In this document: positions 39,298 through 54,897 of the stretch, in pieces
Layout of the letters: each line of letters opens with the position of its first letter
How positions within the stretch are numbered: the first letter of the stretch is position 1
Assembly: GCA_951406725.2 (NCBI GenBank)
Contig: OX597817.1
Coordinates: 44,206,001-44,270,000 of the forward strand
DNA from: Octopus vulgaris
Lineage: Eukaryota
Direction: 5' to 3'
Length of the DNA: 64,000 nucleotides
The notes under the pieces: model-generated
What the model was told of the DNA's origin: nothing
The model's database searches: none
Seen by the model: only the letters and a program-made list of their open reading frames with translations
Translations under genes and position numbers: made by a program

Positions 39298-39300
<3 letters not shown>
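38957..39300. mobile_element. (TA)n-embedded element with perfect 108-bp inverted arms (Penelope-like inverted pLTR structure suspected)
   Basis: 38957-39064 is the exact reverse complement of 39099-39206, with a 34-nt spacer. A unique tail at 39207-39300 follows. (TA)n on both sides. Confidence 0.7.
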
Positions 39301-39340
<40 letters not shown>

Positions 39341-39344
39341 TCTT

Positions 39345-39738
39345 TTGCTTTTTTATTCTTTTACTTGTTTAAGTCATTTGACTGCGGCCATGCTGGAGCA
39401 CCGCTTTAGTAGAACAAATCAACCCAGGACTTTTTCTTATTTCATCGAATCTTTGCTGAACCACTAAGTTACGGGGACCTAAACACACCAACATTAGTTG
39501 TAAAGCGATGGTGGGAAGGAAAAAACCAACACAGACACACACATATACATACGTATATATATATATATATATATATATGCGACGGTTCTCTTTCACTTTT
39601 CGTCTACCAAATCCACTCACACGGTCTTTGGTTAGCCAGAGGCTATAGTAGAAGACACTTGCCCAAAGTGCCACGCAGTGGGACTGAACCCGGAACCATG
39701 TGGTTGGGAAGCAAGCTTCATATCACACAGCAACGCCT
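39345..39738 (-). mobile_element. SINE family B
   Basis: Reverse complement of the family B consensus with an internal (TA)n. Confidence 0.88.
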
Positions 39739-39830
39739 ATATACATATATCAATTTCACATGAAACTTTAGGATAACTCAATACTTTTAGTTGAGTTCAT
39801 GTATATAAGATTTTTACAAAGAAGAGGTTC

Positions 39831-39874
39831 ACTGTGACTTCGAAGTTCCGGCTTCTTCGCCTTCGTCACACGGT
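39831..39874 (-). ncRNA. degenerate minimal hammerhead ribozyme motif
   Basis: The minus strand reads accgt-GTGACGA-AGGC-gaagaa-GCC-GGAAC-ttcgaa-GTC-acagt, with a palindromic ACTTCGAAGT stem III. There are two core substitutions. An inverted partial copy TGACGAAGGC follows at 39876-39885. Confidence 0.55.
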
Positions 39875-40157
39875 TTGACGAAGGCAAAAAAGTTCTCTTA
39901 ACCTTTTCCTTTAAAAGTATTAACAACGCCCCTGTCACATACCTACACACGATGATATATATATATCTATATATATATACGTATGCGTGGATGTATGTGT
40001 ATATGTGTGTGTACGTGTGTGTGTGTACGTACTCAGACACGTTTATATGTTTATATATATGTATATACGTATGTATATATGTCAGTGTAATTACATGTAT
40101 ATATGCATATATATATGTATATACATATATGTATATATATATATACATATACATATA

Positions 40158-40191
<34 letters not shown>

Positions 40192-40626
40192 CATGTATGT
40201 ATGCATGTATGTATGTATGTATGTATGTATGTATGTATGTATGTATGTATGTATGTATGTATGTATGTATGTATTTGTGTTTATATTTCTGTACACTCAT
40301 ATTTAGCACGTTGGTATACACTTGAACGTGGGAAGAGCTTTCACAGCCCCGTAAAAAGAGTTAATTTTATCTATAATCAGATTAAATGCTACATTTTGTG
40401 ATGCGCGTAGACTCAGTCGATACGGAAATAATTAACTGGAAGCCTACAATCGGATGACGCCATTCCTAATCCAATGACGTGTTTTGACACTTATCTTTAA
40501 GGAGAGTTCTCTCCAGAGACTACTTTCGCAGTGAAAGCTCTTTCGACGTCCGAGTGTACAAGAACGTGTTAAATACACACACATATACACATATATTTTC
40601 TTCAATGATGCTTCGTGCGCCTTCAG

Positions 40627-40712
<86 letters not shown>

Positions 40713-41096
40713 CGAACACATACAGACATACACAGGTACATGTTCAGAAATCCTACCTTACCAAATACTTCATCACAGAATATAATAATAGACATTCTTA
40801 TTATGCTAATTACAGTTCTTTTCTGTATTGACTTTCTGCATTTGCTAGTCATTTTGAATTCCGGGTGGGATATGACAGTTATATCAACGATATGTTTTTA
40901 TTCTGCTTTTTAAAATTCTATTTTAAGATTGGTGCAATAATATTTTCAGTTTTTAACAGCAAAATGTTGCAGATTGGGAATAATATTTAAGAAACTGTCG
41001 TTTATAATAATAATGAAAATAATGCTACTTATATTTCCTAACATAAATAATAATAATAACAATGATGATGGTGTTAAAAATAAAAAATAACGATGG

Positions 41097-41140
<44 letters not shown>

Positions 41141-41245
41141 TTGATGATAATAATTTTAATAATCGTTTTTTTATTGGCCACAAGGGCCGAATACAAAACA
41201 TAGAGACATTATAAAACTAGGGACATGTAGGGTTTAACTTAAAAA

Positions 41246-41660
41246 CCTATTTCTTTACTGCCCACAAGGGGCTAAACACAGAGAGGACAAACACGGACAG
41301 ACAAACGGATTAAGTCGATTATATCGACCCCAGTGCGTAACTGGTACTTATTTAATCGACCCCGAAAGGATGAAAGGCAAAGTCGACCTCGGCGGAATTT
41401 CAACTCAGAACGTAACGGCAGACGAAATACCCATTTCTTTACTACCCACAAGGGGCTGCACACAGAGGGGACAAACAAGGACAGACAAACGGATTAAGTC
41501 GATTATATCGACCCCAGTGCGTAACTGGTACTTATTTAAAGGTCCCCGAAAGGATGAAAGGCAAAGTCGACCTCGGTGGAATTTGAACTCAGAACGTAGC
41601 GGAAGACGAAATACTGCTAAGCATTTCGCCCGGCGTGCTAACGGTTCTGCCGACTTGCCC
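41246..41660 (-). mobile_element. SINE family A (head plus two tandem body units)
   Basis: Same dimer junction (GTAAAGAAATGGGTATTTCGTCTG) at ~41420-41442. Confidence 0.9.
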
Positions 41661-42022
41661 AAAAACCAAGCAAACAATTAAATAACAATGGCAAAAATAC
41701 AATTAAGCAACAAAATTCCACAAAAGTGGGAGTTTCTCACAGGGAGTTTAGTAGTAGTGATTGCAACAACAACCACGAAAAGGACAGCAATGGCAGCGGC
41801 AAGTAGCAATAGCATCAACGACAACAACGAGAGCAAAAGTGACAACAGCAACAACAACAAAACCAATACCAACAATATCGATAAGAACAACGAAAACAAC
41901 AAGAAACAGCACGTTTGCAACAGCAGCAGCGAGGATCAAACAACGTTTTACCCCTTATCGCATACCCTGCTGTCAGCTGGGCATGCTACATCTATGATCC
42001 AGCATCGTTTGCTTGCTTTCTC

Positions 42023-42469
<447 letters not shown>

Positions 42470-42487
42470 CATTATTATTATTATTAT

Positions 42488-42633
42488 TTTGCTTGACTTT
42501 TGCTTTACATTTGTACAAGTTGGCTCCAAGCCTCACCAAGAGACCTCAAGCGACAAGTTGGAAGTTCATGTTGGTGTTATGCCTAGGGTGCCATATATTT
42601 GGTTTTGTACATAGTATTGTTCTAGAGAATGTA
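42488..42633 (-). mobile_element. short 3'-UTR-like insert in (TAA)n (probable fourth Dong-like family)
   Basis: A unique 145-bp island between two (TTA)n runs. The minus strand ends ...GAGGTCTCTTGGTGAGGCTTGG...GCAAAAGTCAAGCAAAATAATAAT. Confidence 0.45.
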
Positions 42634-42654
42634 TTATTATTATTATTATTATTA

Positions 42655-42757
<103 letters not shown>

Positions 42758-42763
42758 CATTAT

Positions 42764-43320
42764 TGAGTGAGAGAGCAGTGCATGCCATCGAAGTGACACT
42801 GGGGTAGAATATACGAAGCCCAGTATAGCCATCATGACTACCCGTCTGATAAGTGTACACCAGCCACATGCATCACAACTATATATGTGTGGCATGGTGA
42901 TCTCATATCAAGATAAACAGCCCATGACCTTGCAGGTGGGGCCCAGTTAGAATTTTCTTCTGGTCGAGTAGCCCATCCCGCTCAAAAGGTCCCTGAATAA
43001 GGATTGTTTAATGTTGAACGAACCACCCTTGTTTCCAAAGGTGAATTATCCAAACCTCCAAGAATTCCTTTCAACACACGGCTATGATGCTCCGCCACAA
43101 CTTATGCTCGTGATCAGAGATGCACATAACGTCAGCCACCAAGGGACATGCTCAACTGGTTATGGTCAAACAACTGACAAGCAAATCTATGGTATTGAGC
43201 AGAATATTTGCTGTAGGCCATCTTTTATATCAAGACAAAACAATGTACATGATAACACTTCCAATCAGTTAAGATCAGAAGCCATGAGCGCCACTGTCTG
43301 GTACTATATCAGGGCATTAT
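42764..43320 (-). mobile_element. ~555-bp non-coding insert in a (TAA)n/(TGA)n tract (LINE 3' UTR or non-autonomous element)
   Basis: A unique, more GC-balanced island flanked by trinucleotide runs, ending ...GCATGCACTGCTCTCTCACTCAATAAT on the minus strand. No recognisable protein motif. Confidence 0.4.
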
Positions 43321-43331
43321 CATCATCATCC

Positions 43332-43392
<61 letters not shown>

Positions 43393-43433
43393 TATTGTTA
43401 TTATTATTATTATTGTTGTTATCATTATTATTG

Positions 43434-43474
<41 letters not shown>

Positions 43475-43477
<3 letters not shown>

Positions 43478-44757
43478 TAGTTTTATTTTTATAGCGTGCT
43501 TTCACTTCACTACCGAGCGCAGCTCTGTGTGCCTTGGGTATGTGCTGTGATTTGTTGTGATTCTCTGATGGTTATTGTATGGAAAGTGTTCTGCGTAGGA
43601 TGTGTGCAGTGCCTAGTAGTGCAATTTTCTGTATGTTATATGTGTTTGTAAGTCCTGGTGTTTTTGTTATGTATTTGTCTGAATATTTTTTTATCATGCC
43701 TAATGCACCTACTATGATAGGAATTGTTTCTGTTTTCAGGTTCCACATTCTAGTTACCTCTATTTCCAGGTCTTTGTATTTTGAGAGTTTCTCCATTTCT
43801 TTTAGAGACACGTTGTCATCTGCCGGTATTGATACATCAATTAGAAAGCATTTTTTTTTCTTCATGATCTCTGACAACTATATCTGGTCTGTTGGCCTTA
43901 ATTTCTCTATCTGTGTGTATCGGCATATCCCAGAGTATGGTTGCTTTCTCGTTTTCTGTGACCTTTTCTGGTGTGTGCCTATACCATCTTTTTTCTGTTG
44001 TTATTCCATAATGTTGGCATAGCTTCCAATGTATGTAGGTTCCAACTCTGTCATGTCTGTGAATATATTCCTTCTTGGCCAGGACTGGGCAGCTAGAGAT
44101 AATATGATTTATTGTTTCTTGTCCATCTCCACATATTCTGCAGTTACTTGTAATATTTCTTTTCATTACATGTTTTTGGTAATTTCTGGTGGGGAGGCTT
44201 TGGTCTTGTGCTGCAATTAAAAATCCCTCTGTCTCTGCTTTGAGTCCTGAGCTTCTCAACCATTGCTGGGATTTTTCTTTGTCTATTTCTTTTGCGTTTA
44301 GTTTAGTGCAGTATTTACCATGAAGGGGCTTTTCTTGCCATCGTTTTATCATGGCTCGTTGCTGTTCTATTTTTAGTTTGGATTTCAATTGTTTTATAGC
44401 TTTTGTTGTTTCTTCATCATCTTCTTCTTCTTCTTTGTGTTTATTAGGTGGTATGATTTCTTGTTTGTATTTGTCAGCTTCCTTAAATACTGAGAACAGT
44501 TTTTTGTTTTGCTCGTGTTTTGCTGCTATCTGGATCAGTTTTCCTTCCTTCTGAAGTAGGTATTTTTGCAGTCCTATGGTGGCTATTTTATAGTAGTTTT
44601 CCAGCTGTATAAGGCCTCTACCACCTTCTATACGTTGTATATATAGTCTTTCTATGTCAGATTTTGGGTGATGCATCCTAGATCCTGTCAGTATTTTTCT
44701 TGTTTTCCTATCTATTTTGGACAGTTCATTTCGTGTCCAGTTAAGGATATTGTAGTT
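43475..44757 (-). mobile_element. R4/Dong-like RLE non-LTR retrotransposon, family 1, young 5'-truncated copy
   Basis: ORFs 43837-44676 and 43572-43877 are split by one frameshift in an A-run. Motifs: MHHPKSDIERLY..EGGRGL, WQEKPLHGKY, QDQSL, intact CCHC CRIC...ETINHIISSC, RHD, RPDIVV, and LIDVSIP..EKLSKY. The 3' UTR ends in (TAA)n. Confidence 0.93.
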
Positions 44758-44760
44758 ATT

Positions 44761-45630
<870 letters not shown>

Positions 45631-45689
45631 GTGGTTACGGTTTGTGATCGTCGTTGTAGTGGTGGTTCCACTCGATAGTAGCATTGGTT

Positions 45690-45702
45690 GCAGGTGATGA
45701 TA

Positions 45703-45733
<31 letters not shown>

Positions 45734-46078
45734 CGATGGTGATGATGATGGTGAAACTGATGGTGATGGTGGTGATGTTACTAATATTTACGCTACAGAT
45801 GATGGTGATGTTGGTGGTGGTGGTGGTGATGATGATGATGATGATGATGATGATGACGATGATGATGATGATGGTGATGATGGTGATGATGATGATGAGG
45901 ATGCTGATGATGGTGATGTTGATGGTGAAACTGATGGTGGTGGTGGTGATGTTACTAGAATTTACGCTACAGATGATGGTGATGTTGATGGTGGTGGTGG
46001 TGGTGATGGAAGTGATGGTCGTAATAAAGGTGTCACAAAGTGATGAGATGAAAATGCAAGTGGCGGTGATGATGCTGC

Positions 46079-46110
<32 letters not shown>

Positions 46111-46332
46111 ATGATGATAATGATGATAATGATGATGATGATGATGTTGATGGTGAAACTGATGGTGGTGGTAGTGGTGATGTTACTAGTATTTACACTA
46201 CAGATGATGGTCATGTTGTTGTTGGTGGTGAAGGTAGCGAGGGTCGTAATAAAGGTGTCATAAAATGATAAGATGAAAATGTAAGTGGTGGTGATGATTA
46301 GGATGATGATGACGATGATGATGATGATGATG

Positions 46333-46367
<35 letters not shown>

Positions 46368-46544
46368 TGATGTTGATGATGACGATGAAGGTGGTGGTAG
46401 CGGTTGTGTCGACAGTGGCAGTGGTCGTAACGTAAGTGTTACCAGTGATGAATGTATAGTGGTGGTGGCAGTGTTAGTTCTGACAGATGTTCTTGTTACT
46501 GACGGCGATGATGATGACAATGACGATGATGATGATGATGATGA

Positions 46545-46578
<34 letters not shown>

Positions 46579-46892
46579 GATGGTGATGGTGATGGTGATG
46601 GTGGTGGTGGCATTGGCGGTGACATTTGATTTCAGTTATTGTAGTTGATGATGATCATGATGATGATGATGGTGACGGATGATGACAAGCATAACGATGA
46701 CGGCAACGACTACGATGACGACAATGATGACGACAATGATGATGACAACTCCAGTGCAGTGGTGGTACTGATGCCGTTATCATAGTAATGGTTGGAGTTT
46801 GGTACAGGTTACGGTGGTAGTACTAGTAGTTGTTGTAGTATTAGTAGCAGTGGCAATAGTAGTAGTAGTAGTATTAGTAGTAGTAGTAGTAA

Positions 46893-46940
<48 letters not shown>
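45690..46940. repeat. (GAT/GGT/GAC/AGT)n low-complexity field with higher-order units
   Basis: The unit GATGGTGAAACTGATGGTG..GTGATGTTACTA..ATTTAC.CTACAGATGATGG occurs at ~45748, ~45921 and ~46149. Confidence 0.85.
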
Positions 46941-47301
46941 AACAGTAGTATTATTTGTGGTAAGCGCAGTAAGAGTAGCGACGGTATTATTGCTAGTTGT
47001 AACTACTGTTAATGGTTGTGAATCTTACTAATTGAATTGGAAGGAAGAGAATACAGCAGTAACACAGACAACACTACATTGATGTTTGCACACACACACA
47101 CACGCACATACACACACACATACATGCACTCAAACACACACACACAATGACAAACATATATACATATAGATTTACAAGCCCATAAACACATTCATGGATA
47201 TATATATATACGCGCATACACATACTCGTGTAGATACACACATGCATTTGTACATGTGTATATAGGCAGATGAATACAAACATATATCATATATACTTAC
47301 A

Positions 47302-47381
<80 letters not shown>

Positions 47382-47412
47382 GTGTGTACACACATATATA
47401 TGTTCATGTGTC

Positions 47413-47456
<44 letters not shown>

Positions 47457-47465
47457 TATATATAT

Positions 47466-47578
47466 GTCTCTGCTCGAAACGTTAAACCCTCCTTCTTTCC
47501 TTCTTTCCTGAGCGTCCAATAATACTATATTTGTTCCTCGTCCTCGCGTTGTGTTTTTTTGTGCTTTCTTGTTTGGAT

Positions 47579-47585
<7 letters not shown>
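47466..47585 (+). mobile_element. Penelope-like pLTR 3' fragment in (TA)n
   Basis: GCTCGAAACGTTAAACCCTCC...CCTGAGCGTCCAATAATAC...TTTCTTGTTTGGATTAACTATA is homologous to 59244-59368 and starts within the hammerhead. Confidence 0.7.
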
Positions 47586-47615
<30 letters not shown>

Positions 47616-47621
<6 letters not shown>

Positions 47622-47801
47622 TATATAGAAGGAGCTTCTACAGGACTAGAACTGTTTCATTCAAGAGAAATCTTCAGGAAGATTTCTCTTGAATGAAACA
47701 GTTCTAGTCCTGTAGAACTCCTTCTATATAATAAATTAATTTTACTCTGCTATGTATTGAGTACCTTATTTACTGTGATTAACCCCGAATCAACCCGGGA
47801 C

Positions 47802-47806
<5 letters not shown>
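47616..47806. mobile_element. Penelope-like inverted pLTR hairpin (60-bp arms) containing a hammerhead core
   Basis: 47616-47675 and 47678-47736 are inverted (1 indel, 2-nt spacer). The left arm read on the minus strand is CTGAAGA-tttctcttgaat-GAAAC-agttcta-GTC-ctgtag. A unique tail is followed by (TA)n. Confidence 0.75.
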
Positions 47807-47838
<32 letters not shown>

Positions 47839-47957
47839 CATATATGATCATACACACACAAACACACTCACCCACACACACATATACACACATATATGTA
47901 TTATATATGCGTATGCATATATAATACAATATAATGCTATATAAATATATATATATA

Positions 47958-48360
47958 GGCGCAGGAGTGGCTTGTGGTAAGTAGCTTGCTTACCAACCAC
48001 ATGATCCCTGGTTCAGTCCCACTGCGTGGCACCTTGGGCAAGTGTCTTCTACTATAGTATCGGGCCGACCAATGCCTTGTGAGTGGATTTAGTAGAAGGA
48101 AACTGAAATAAGCCCGTCATATATATGTATATATATAAATATATATATGTGTGCATATGACTGTGTGTCTGTGTTTGTCCCCCAACTTCGCTTGACAACC
48201 GATGCTGGTGTGTTTACGTCTCCGTAACTTAGCGGTTCGGCAAAACGCCCCGATAAAATAAGTACTAGGCTTACGAAGAATAAGTCCTGGGGTCGATTTC
48301 TTCGACTAAAGGCGGTGCTCCAGCATGGCCGCAGTCAAATGACTGAAACAAGTAAAAGAG
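47958..48360 (+). mobile_element. SINE family B, full length
   Basis: GGCGCAGGAGTGGC...GAAACAAGTAAAAGAG. Confidence 0.9.
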
Positions 48361-49047
48361 TGTATATATATATATATATATATGACATATTATATTGTAT
48401 ATATAAGGTGTTATGTATATATATATATATATCAGAACATGGACATATATGCTAAAATGATTGCATGTATACATATGTGTGTGTGTGTGAATGTATGTAT
48501 ATATTAATATGTCTGCGTTTTACTTTTGATACGGTAGTGAAATTGCATGTGTAGCACGACAGTGGCAGCGGCATCTGTAGTAGCAAGAGCAGCCGTGATA
48601 GTAATACTAATATTAATAAATCGTAGTAGTCGTAGGAAACTATCGGAGGAATAGAGCGAGAAAATGGAGGGAGGGGTTTGATTGATATTAGTCTCATTAA
48701 TTATTAATTCGCGTACTTTCAGTTAGCAGCAGTAGTAGTAGTAATAATAGTAGTATTAGTAGTTGGTGTTGTAATAGTAGTAATAGTATTAATAGTATTA
48801 GTAGTAGTAGCAGTTGTAGTAGTAGTTGTAGTAATATTAGTAGTAATAGTAGTAGTGGTAGTGGTAGTAGTATTTGTGTCATGTTTGGTCAATTAGTATT
48901 AAGTTTAAGTTTATTATTTGGTTATTATTTGGTATTACTTTTTGTCAGACGGTTCAATAATAGTCAAAACTACTATTACTACTACTACTACTGCTGCTGC
49001 TGCTACGTCTGCTGCTTTAGTTGTTCACGGTGGTGATGGTGGTGATA

Positions 49048-49095
<48 letters not shown>

Positions 49096-49289
49096 GTGGT
49101 CATGGTGATGGTGGTGGTGATAATGATAATAATTGTGATGATGAAGCTGATGATGAAGTCGATGATAAAAGTTATAATGATAAGAATAATGTTTTTTTTA
49201 TATTTTCGACGGACTTTGACAAACAGATCAAGAACAGTACAGGACGAGAGAGTTTGGTATTAAATAAAAAAAAATAATAATTCGTTAAC

Positions 49290-50700
<1,411 letters not shown>

Positions 50701-50910
50701 CAATTTACAAATTCATTATATTTCTGTTTTGTGAATGTTTGCAGATTTACTGTGTGTACTTGCACAATCTTGTTAATTTTGTTTTAGGATAAACACCTAC
50801 AAAACATGGTTATATGACAATAACATAGTTACAACCATGTGATATTTCTTGCACACTAACAAAACAAACCACTCTGATATAGCAAATGGAAAGATATCTT
50901 ATTCCCTTGC

Positions 50911-51320
50911 TCTTTTACTCTTTTACTTGTTTCAGTCATTTGACTGTGGCCATGCTGGAGCACCGCCTTTTAGTCGGGCAAATCGACCCCAGGACTTATA
51001 CTTTGTAAGCCTAGTACTTATTCTATCGGTTCTCTTTTGTCGAACCGCTAAGTTACGGGGACATAAACACACCAGCATCGGTTGTGAAGCTATGTAAGGG
51101 GACAAACACAGACACACAAACATACACACACACACATATGAATACATACATATATACGACGGGCTTTTTTCAGTTTCCATCTACTAAATTCACTCACAAG
51201 TCTTTGGTCGGCGCGAGGCTATAGTAGAAGACACTTGCCCAAGGTGCCACGTAGTGGGACTGAACCCGGAACCATGTCGTTCGTAAGCAAGCTGCTTACC
51301 ACACAACCACTCCTACGCCT
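50911..51320 (-). mobile_element. SINE family B, full length
   Basis: Reverse complement of the family B consensus. Confidence 0.9.
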
Positions 51321-51494
51321 ATGAATAAAACATTGGCCGAAAGTGGAGAATCTACAAAGCAAAAAAATATTGATATTAAAATAAGCAAGATGTGGGAAAT
51401 GAAAGGGGGAAAAAGATTCAAATCATATTCGGGCTCACAGCATTACACACGCCCCAAAAGCGGCTGTGTTATGTATAGCCTACGTCTTGAGAAA

Positions 51495-51717
51495 GATATT
51501 TTCAAGCCAAGGCCTGAAATTTGCGGGGAGGGTCTAGTCAATTACATCGACATTAGTAATCAACTGATACTTATTTTATCGACCCCGAAAGGATGAAAGG
51601 CAAAGTCGATCCGGGCGGAATTTGAACTCAGAACATAAAAAATGGACGAAACGCCGCCAAGCATTTTTGCCGGCGTGCTCACAATTCTGTCAGCAGAGTA
51701 GCAGCAGCAGCAGCAGC

Positions 51718-51750
<33 letters not shown>

Positions 51751-51940
51751 AACAACAACAACAGTTCTTTTTAATTTAGGCACAAGAGCAACAATTTTAA
51801 GGGGAAATGATTAGCTGTCATCACCTACTCAATTGTTTGACTGGTATTTTGGTTTATAGTACCCGAAAGTATGAAAGACAAAGTAGGACTTGGCAGGACT
51901 TGAATTTAGGTTGTAAAAAGCCAGAGTAAATACTGTAGTC
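51495..51940 (-). mobile_element. two alternative-tail family A SINEs separated by (CAG)/(CAA)n
   Basis: CAAGGCCTGAAATTTGCGGGGAGGG...GACCCCGAAAGGATGAAAGGCAAAGTCG...GAACTCAGAAC at 51505-51695, plus a degenerate copy at 51770-51940. Confidence 0.7.
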
Positions 51941-54370
51941 ATTAATTGAAGACGAAATTTTCGAGGAAATTCATGTTAGGGAACTGTTAAAATGGTTGGG
52001 TAAATAATACTGTAATAGACGGCAAATATATCACGTTTATGATGTAATACAGTGTGAGCCATAAATCCGAATTTTGGAATTCTAAATTCATTTCAAATAC
52101 CCAAATTAATTTTCATCGAATAATACTCTTAACAATTATTTGCTTGCACCACTCTCCGATTCCTGATGTATTAAGTATTTTAATAATTTTACTGATTGCC
52201 ATCTTATTTTCCTTCTAGTTTCAAAGATTCGTTGCTGCAAGAGAAAATAGAATCTTATTCGATATACGGTAGCCAAGTCAACTGACATTTGGTGAGTACG
52301 ATAAATTTCGTTGTCAGAAACGCATCTGGCGCCTAGGGAACTAGAACGAGATATCAGAAATATTGACAAGAAACAATAACAATGGTATCCTTGTGAAGTC
52401 TGTAATAATCAAAACAACTCCTTTTAGCATTTGTTATCTTGCCAAATTCTCCTGAATCCCGCTACGGTAATTCTATCATATTCACTTTATAATAATTCTA
52501 CCATTCTAATCCTATCGTATTCTTTCAAATCTAATTCTGTCTTATTCACAAAGCTGTAACTGTGATTCCAATAAACTTTACACCTGTCTCATAGTAGCTT
52601 GCTGTTCAATACTTGTGACATTGCTGCTATTGTAAACACCAACCACACGACATTGCCGTGAACAGCGACTGTATTCACTATTCAAAAGAAGGCTTCCATA
52701 TTTTACTGGCACAGACGATAGGTAAGTAGGTAGGTAGGCAGTGGATAGACGTGTTACGTTCTTTTATTTCATAGCTCCAAGATATTTTCCGGCTCGAGAT
52801 CTATAAAGTCTAATTATCTTACTTTATAATAAAACTAAAGTGTAATAAAATGGGTCTATTCCATCCCTTGTGGAACGCGAAATCACCAACAAGAAAGACT
52901 AGAACGCTATTTTCTATTTCGCCGTCGGCAAACAAAACTAAATGTAGGAATGGTGAAGAATAAGTCAATTGCATGAAGGGAGAACACAAGAAGAAACGAA
53001 AACATAAAACAAAGCATGATTGGAATTTTGATTTTGTTATATTTTTTTTTCTTTGCATTTAATGAAAGTCTTTCGGCAATAACATCGGAGAGCAGTTGCA
53101 CAAGTGTTGGCAGCTGCATTCTATTATGAAGCCAGATGCCTCTGGTAGTTTTTAAAGATCAACAAGTTTAAAGAACGATTTAAAATTTGTAAAAATGATA
53201 GAATCATTTTAGGCAAAAAACAACACATGAATTCATATTATCAACAGCTTGAACATCAATAATAACAGCAGCAACGCAATGTCTAACATCATTATCAAGC
53301 TCATAGCATAACCAACAACATAGTCAATTAAAATCAACACACTGAATTAAAATCAATAGCAAAATCTAAGATAAACTATACAAATACAATATAGTAATAC
53401 ACAAACAGCTAAATTACATAACATAAAAATGACATTAACATCAAAAAGGTATCTAATTCCTTTCTTGTTGCTGCTGCTTTGTTTTGTTTTTCTGTTGTTG
53501 TTTGCGGACGTTTTTAAGAGAGCTCCGGAGAAATCTGGATTCACAACGGCTTCCTTGATAGGGATTTCTATTTGTTCCATTTTGTTAACGCGGGTCAAAG
53601 GAACGCATAGTGTGATCGCTCTGTTGCTTCAGGGGAGAAATTTACGGTTTGTCCTTTAACATTTTGACATTTCATATTCCTGCAAACATTGCTTACTCTT
53701 AATTTAATATGGATTATTTGGAGGAGCTGGTAAGATGCTAAGCGCAAACTTGGTAGAAACTAATCCGTCTCCAAAGAAAAAAAAAAACATATACCGATAA
53801 AAGACAAGATACAAAACATGGCAATTGTACAGACAGAATTATTTATAAACAGAGGTGTACACACTTTAAAAGTACAATTAGCAAAAACGTACACTTTCAT
53901 ACAAAAGCAATAACAACAACTTTGTTAAGGTTACTAGCTGGAGAGAAGCGATGGGTATGAGTCAGTGAGTCAGCTTCCAGGAAATATAAAGTGGAAGAGG
54001 TGAGTCATAATAAGAGAGTGCTTTGCATAAAGAAATCGTCGAGGATAGGGCAGCGAAGGATCTGGTACATCTTTGACGAAAGGATTCTTCATACGCGGAT
54101 CTGGTGACTGAATGGGAAGATGTCTGCTCAATTGAAGAGAACAGAATGAGTAATGCAGGAAGGGATATGATAAGGCACCCCCATCCAACGCTCTGGCTAT
54201 TCTGCCCATTCACCGGTCTGGTACATTCTTCTGTCGACGCTGAATGGATGTATGTTAATGATTACCAGGATGGGATTTGAAATCATAGCGTAGTCAAAAC
54301 AAATACGTGACATTCTATTCAACATAGTAACGTCTCTACCGCCCCCACATGTATATATACACGTATGTGC

Positions 54371-54406
<36 letters not shown>

Positions 54407-54413
<7 letters not shown>

Positions 54414-54897
54414 AATCCGTTCTGTGTGTGTGTGTCTTCTAGGATCTCGGGTATCCTCCATCCGATTGCGCTCAAATTAGATATGTAGATACCGAAGGTA
54501 TCAGGGCGTGTATAAGTCTTGAAAAATTACAAAAATCGATTCCAGGTGAGAATGCATAACTGCACCTTCCATTTTATGTTTGTTTTTGTACTGCTTAAAG
54601 GCACGTTTCTTTACTGCCAAGCTTACTGTTTAAACCATGTTTGTGTTCTCCCAGTCAACAGCCTGGTACTTTAAACTCATCGGTTGCATATTTGTGTGAA
54701 TAAAATCGTTTTTCTTTGGAATAGAAAAAAGGTCTATCTTTATTTCTTCTTTTGCTGGTGTCTCAAATTTAGGTTAAATCAGTGTTTCTCAAAGGGGAGG
54801 CCTATGGGACGGTCGGACAAGTTGTTTTGAGAAAATTTGTTTTAAATGTTTGACACCTCAGCACCGTGCATTGGACAGGGGTGGAGGCGTTTTGCTC

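Noticed and set aside
40470-40503. Possible further degenerate hammerhead (minus strand TTAAAGA...CAAAACACGTC)
   Set aside because: Too many core mismatches and no convincing stems.
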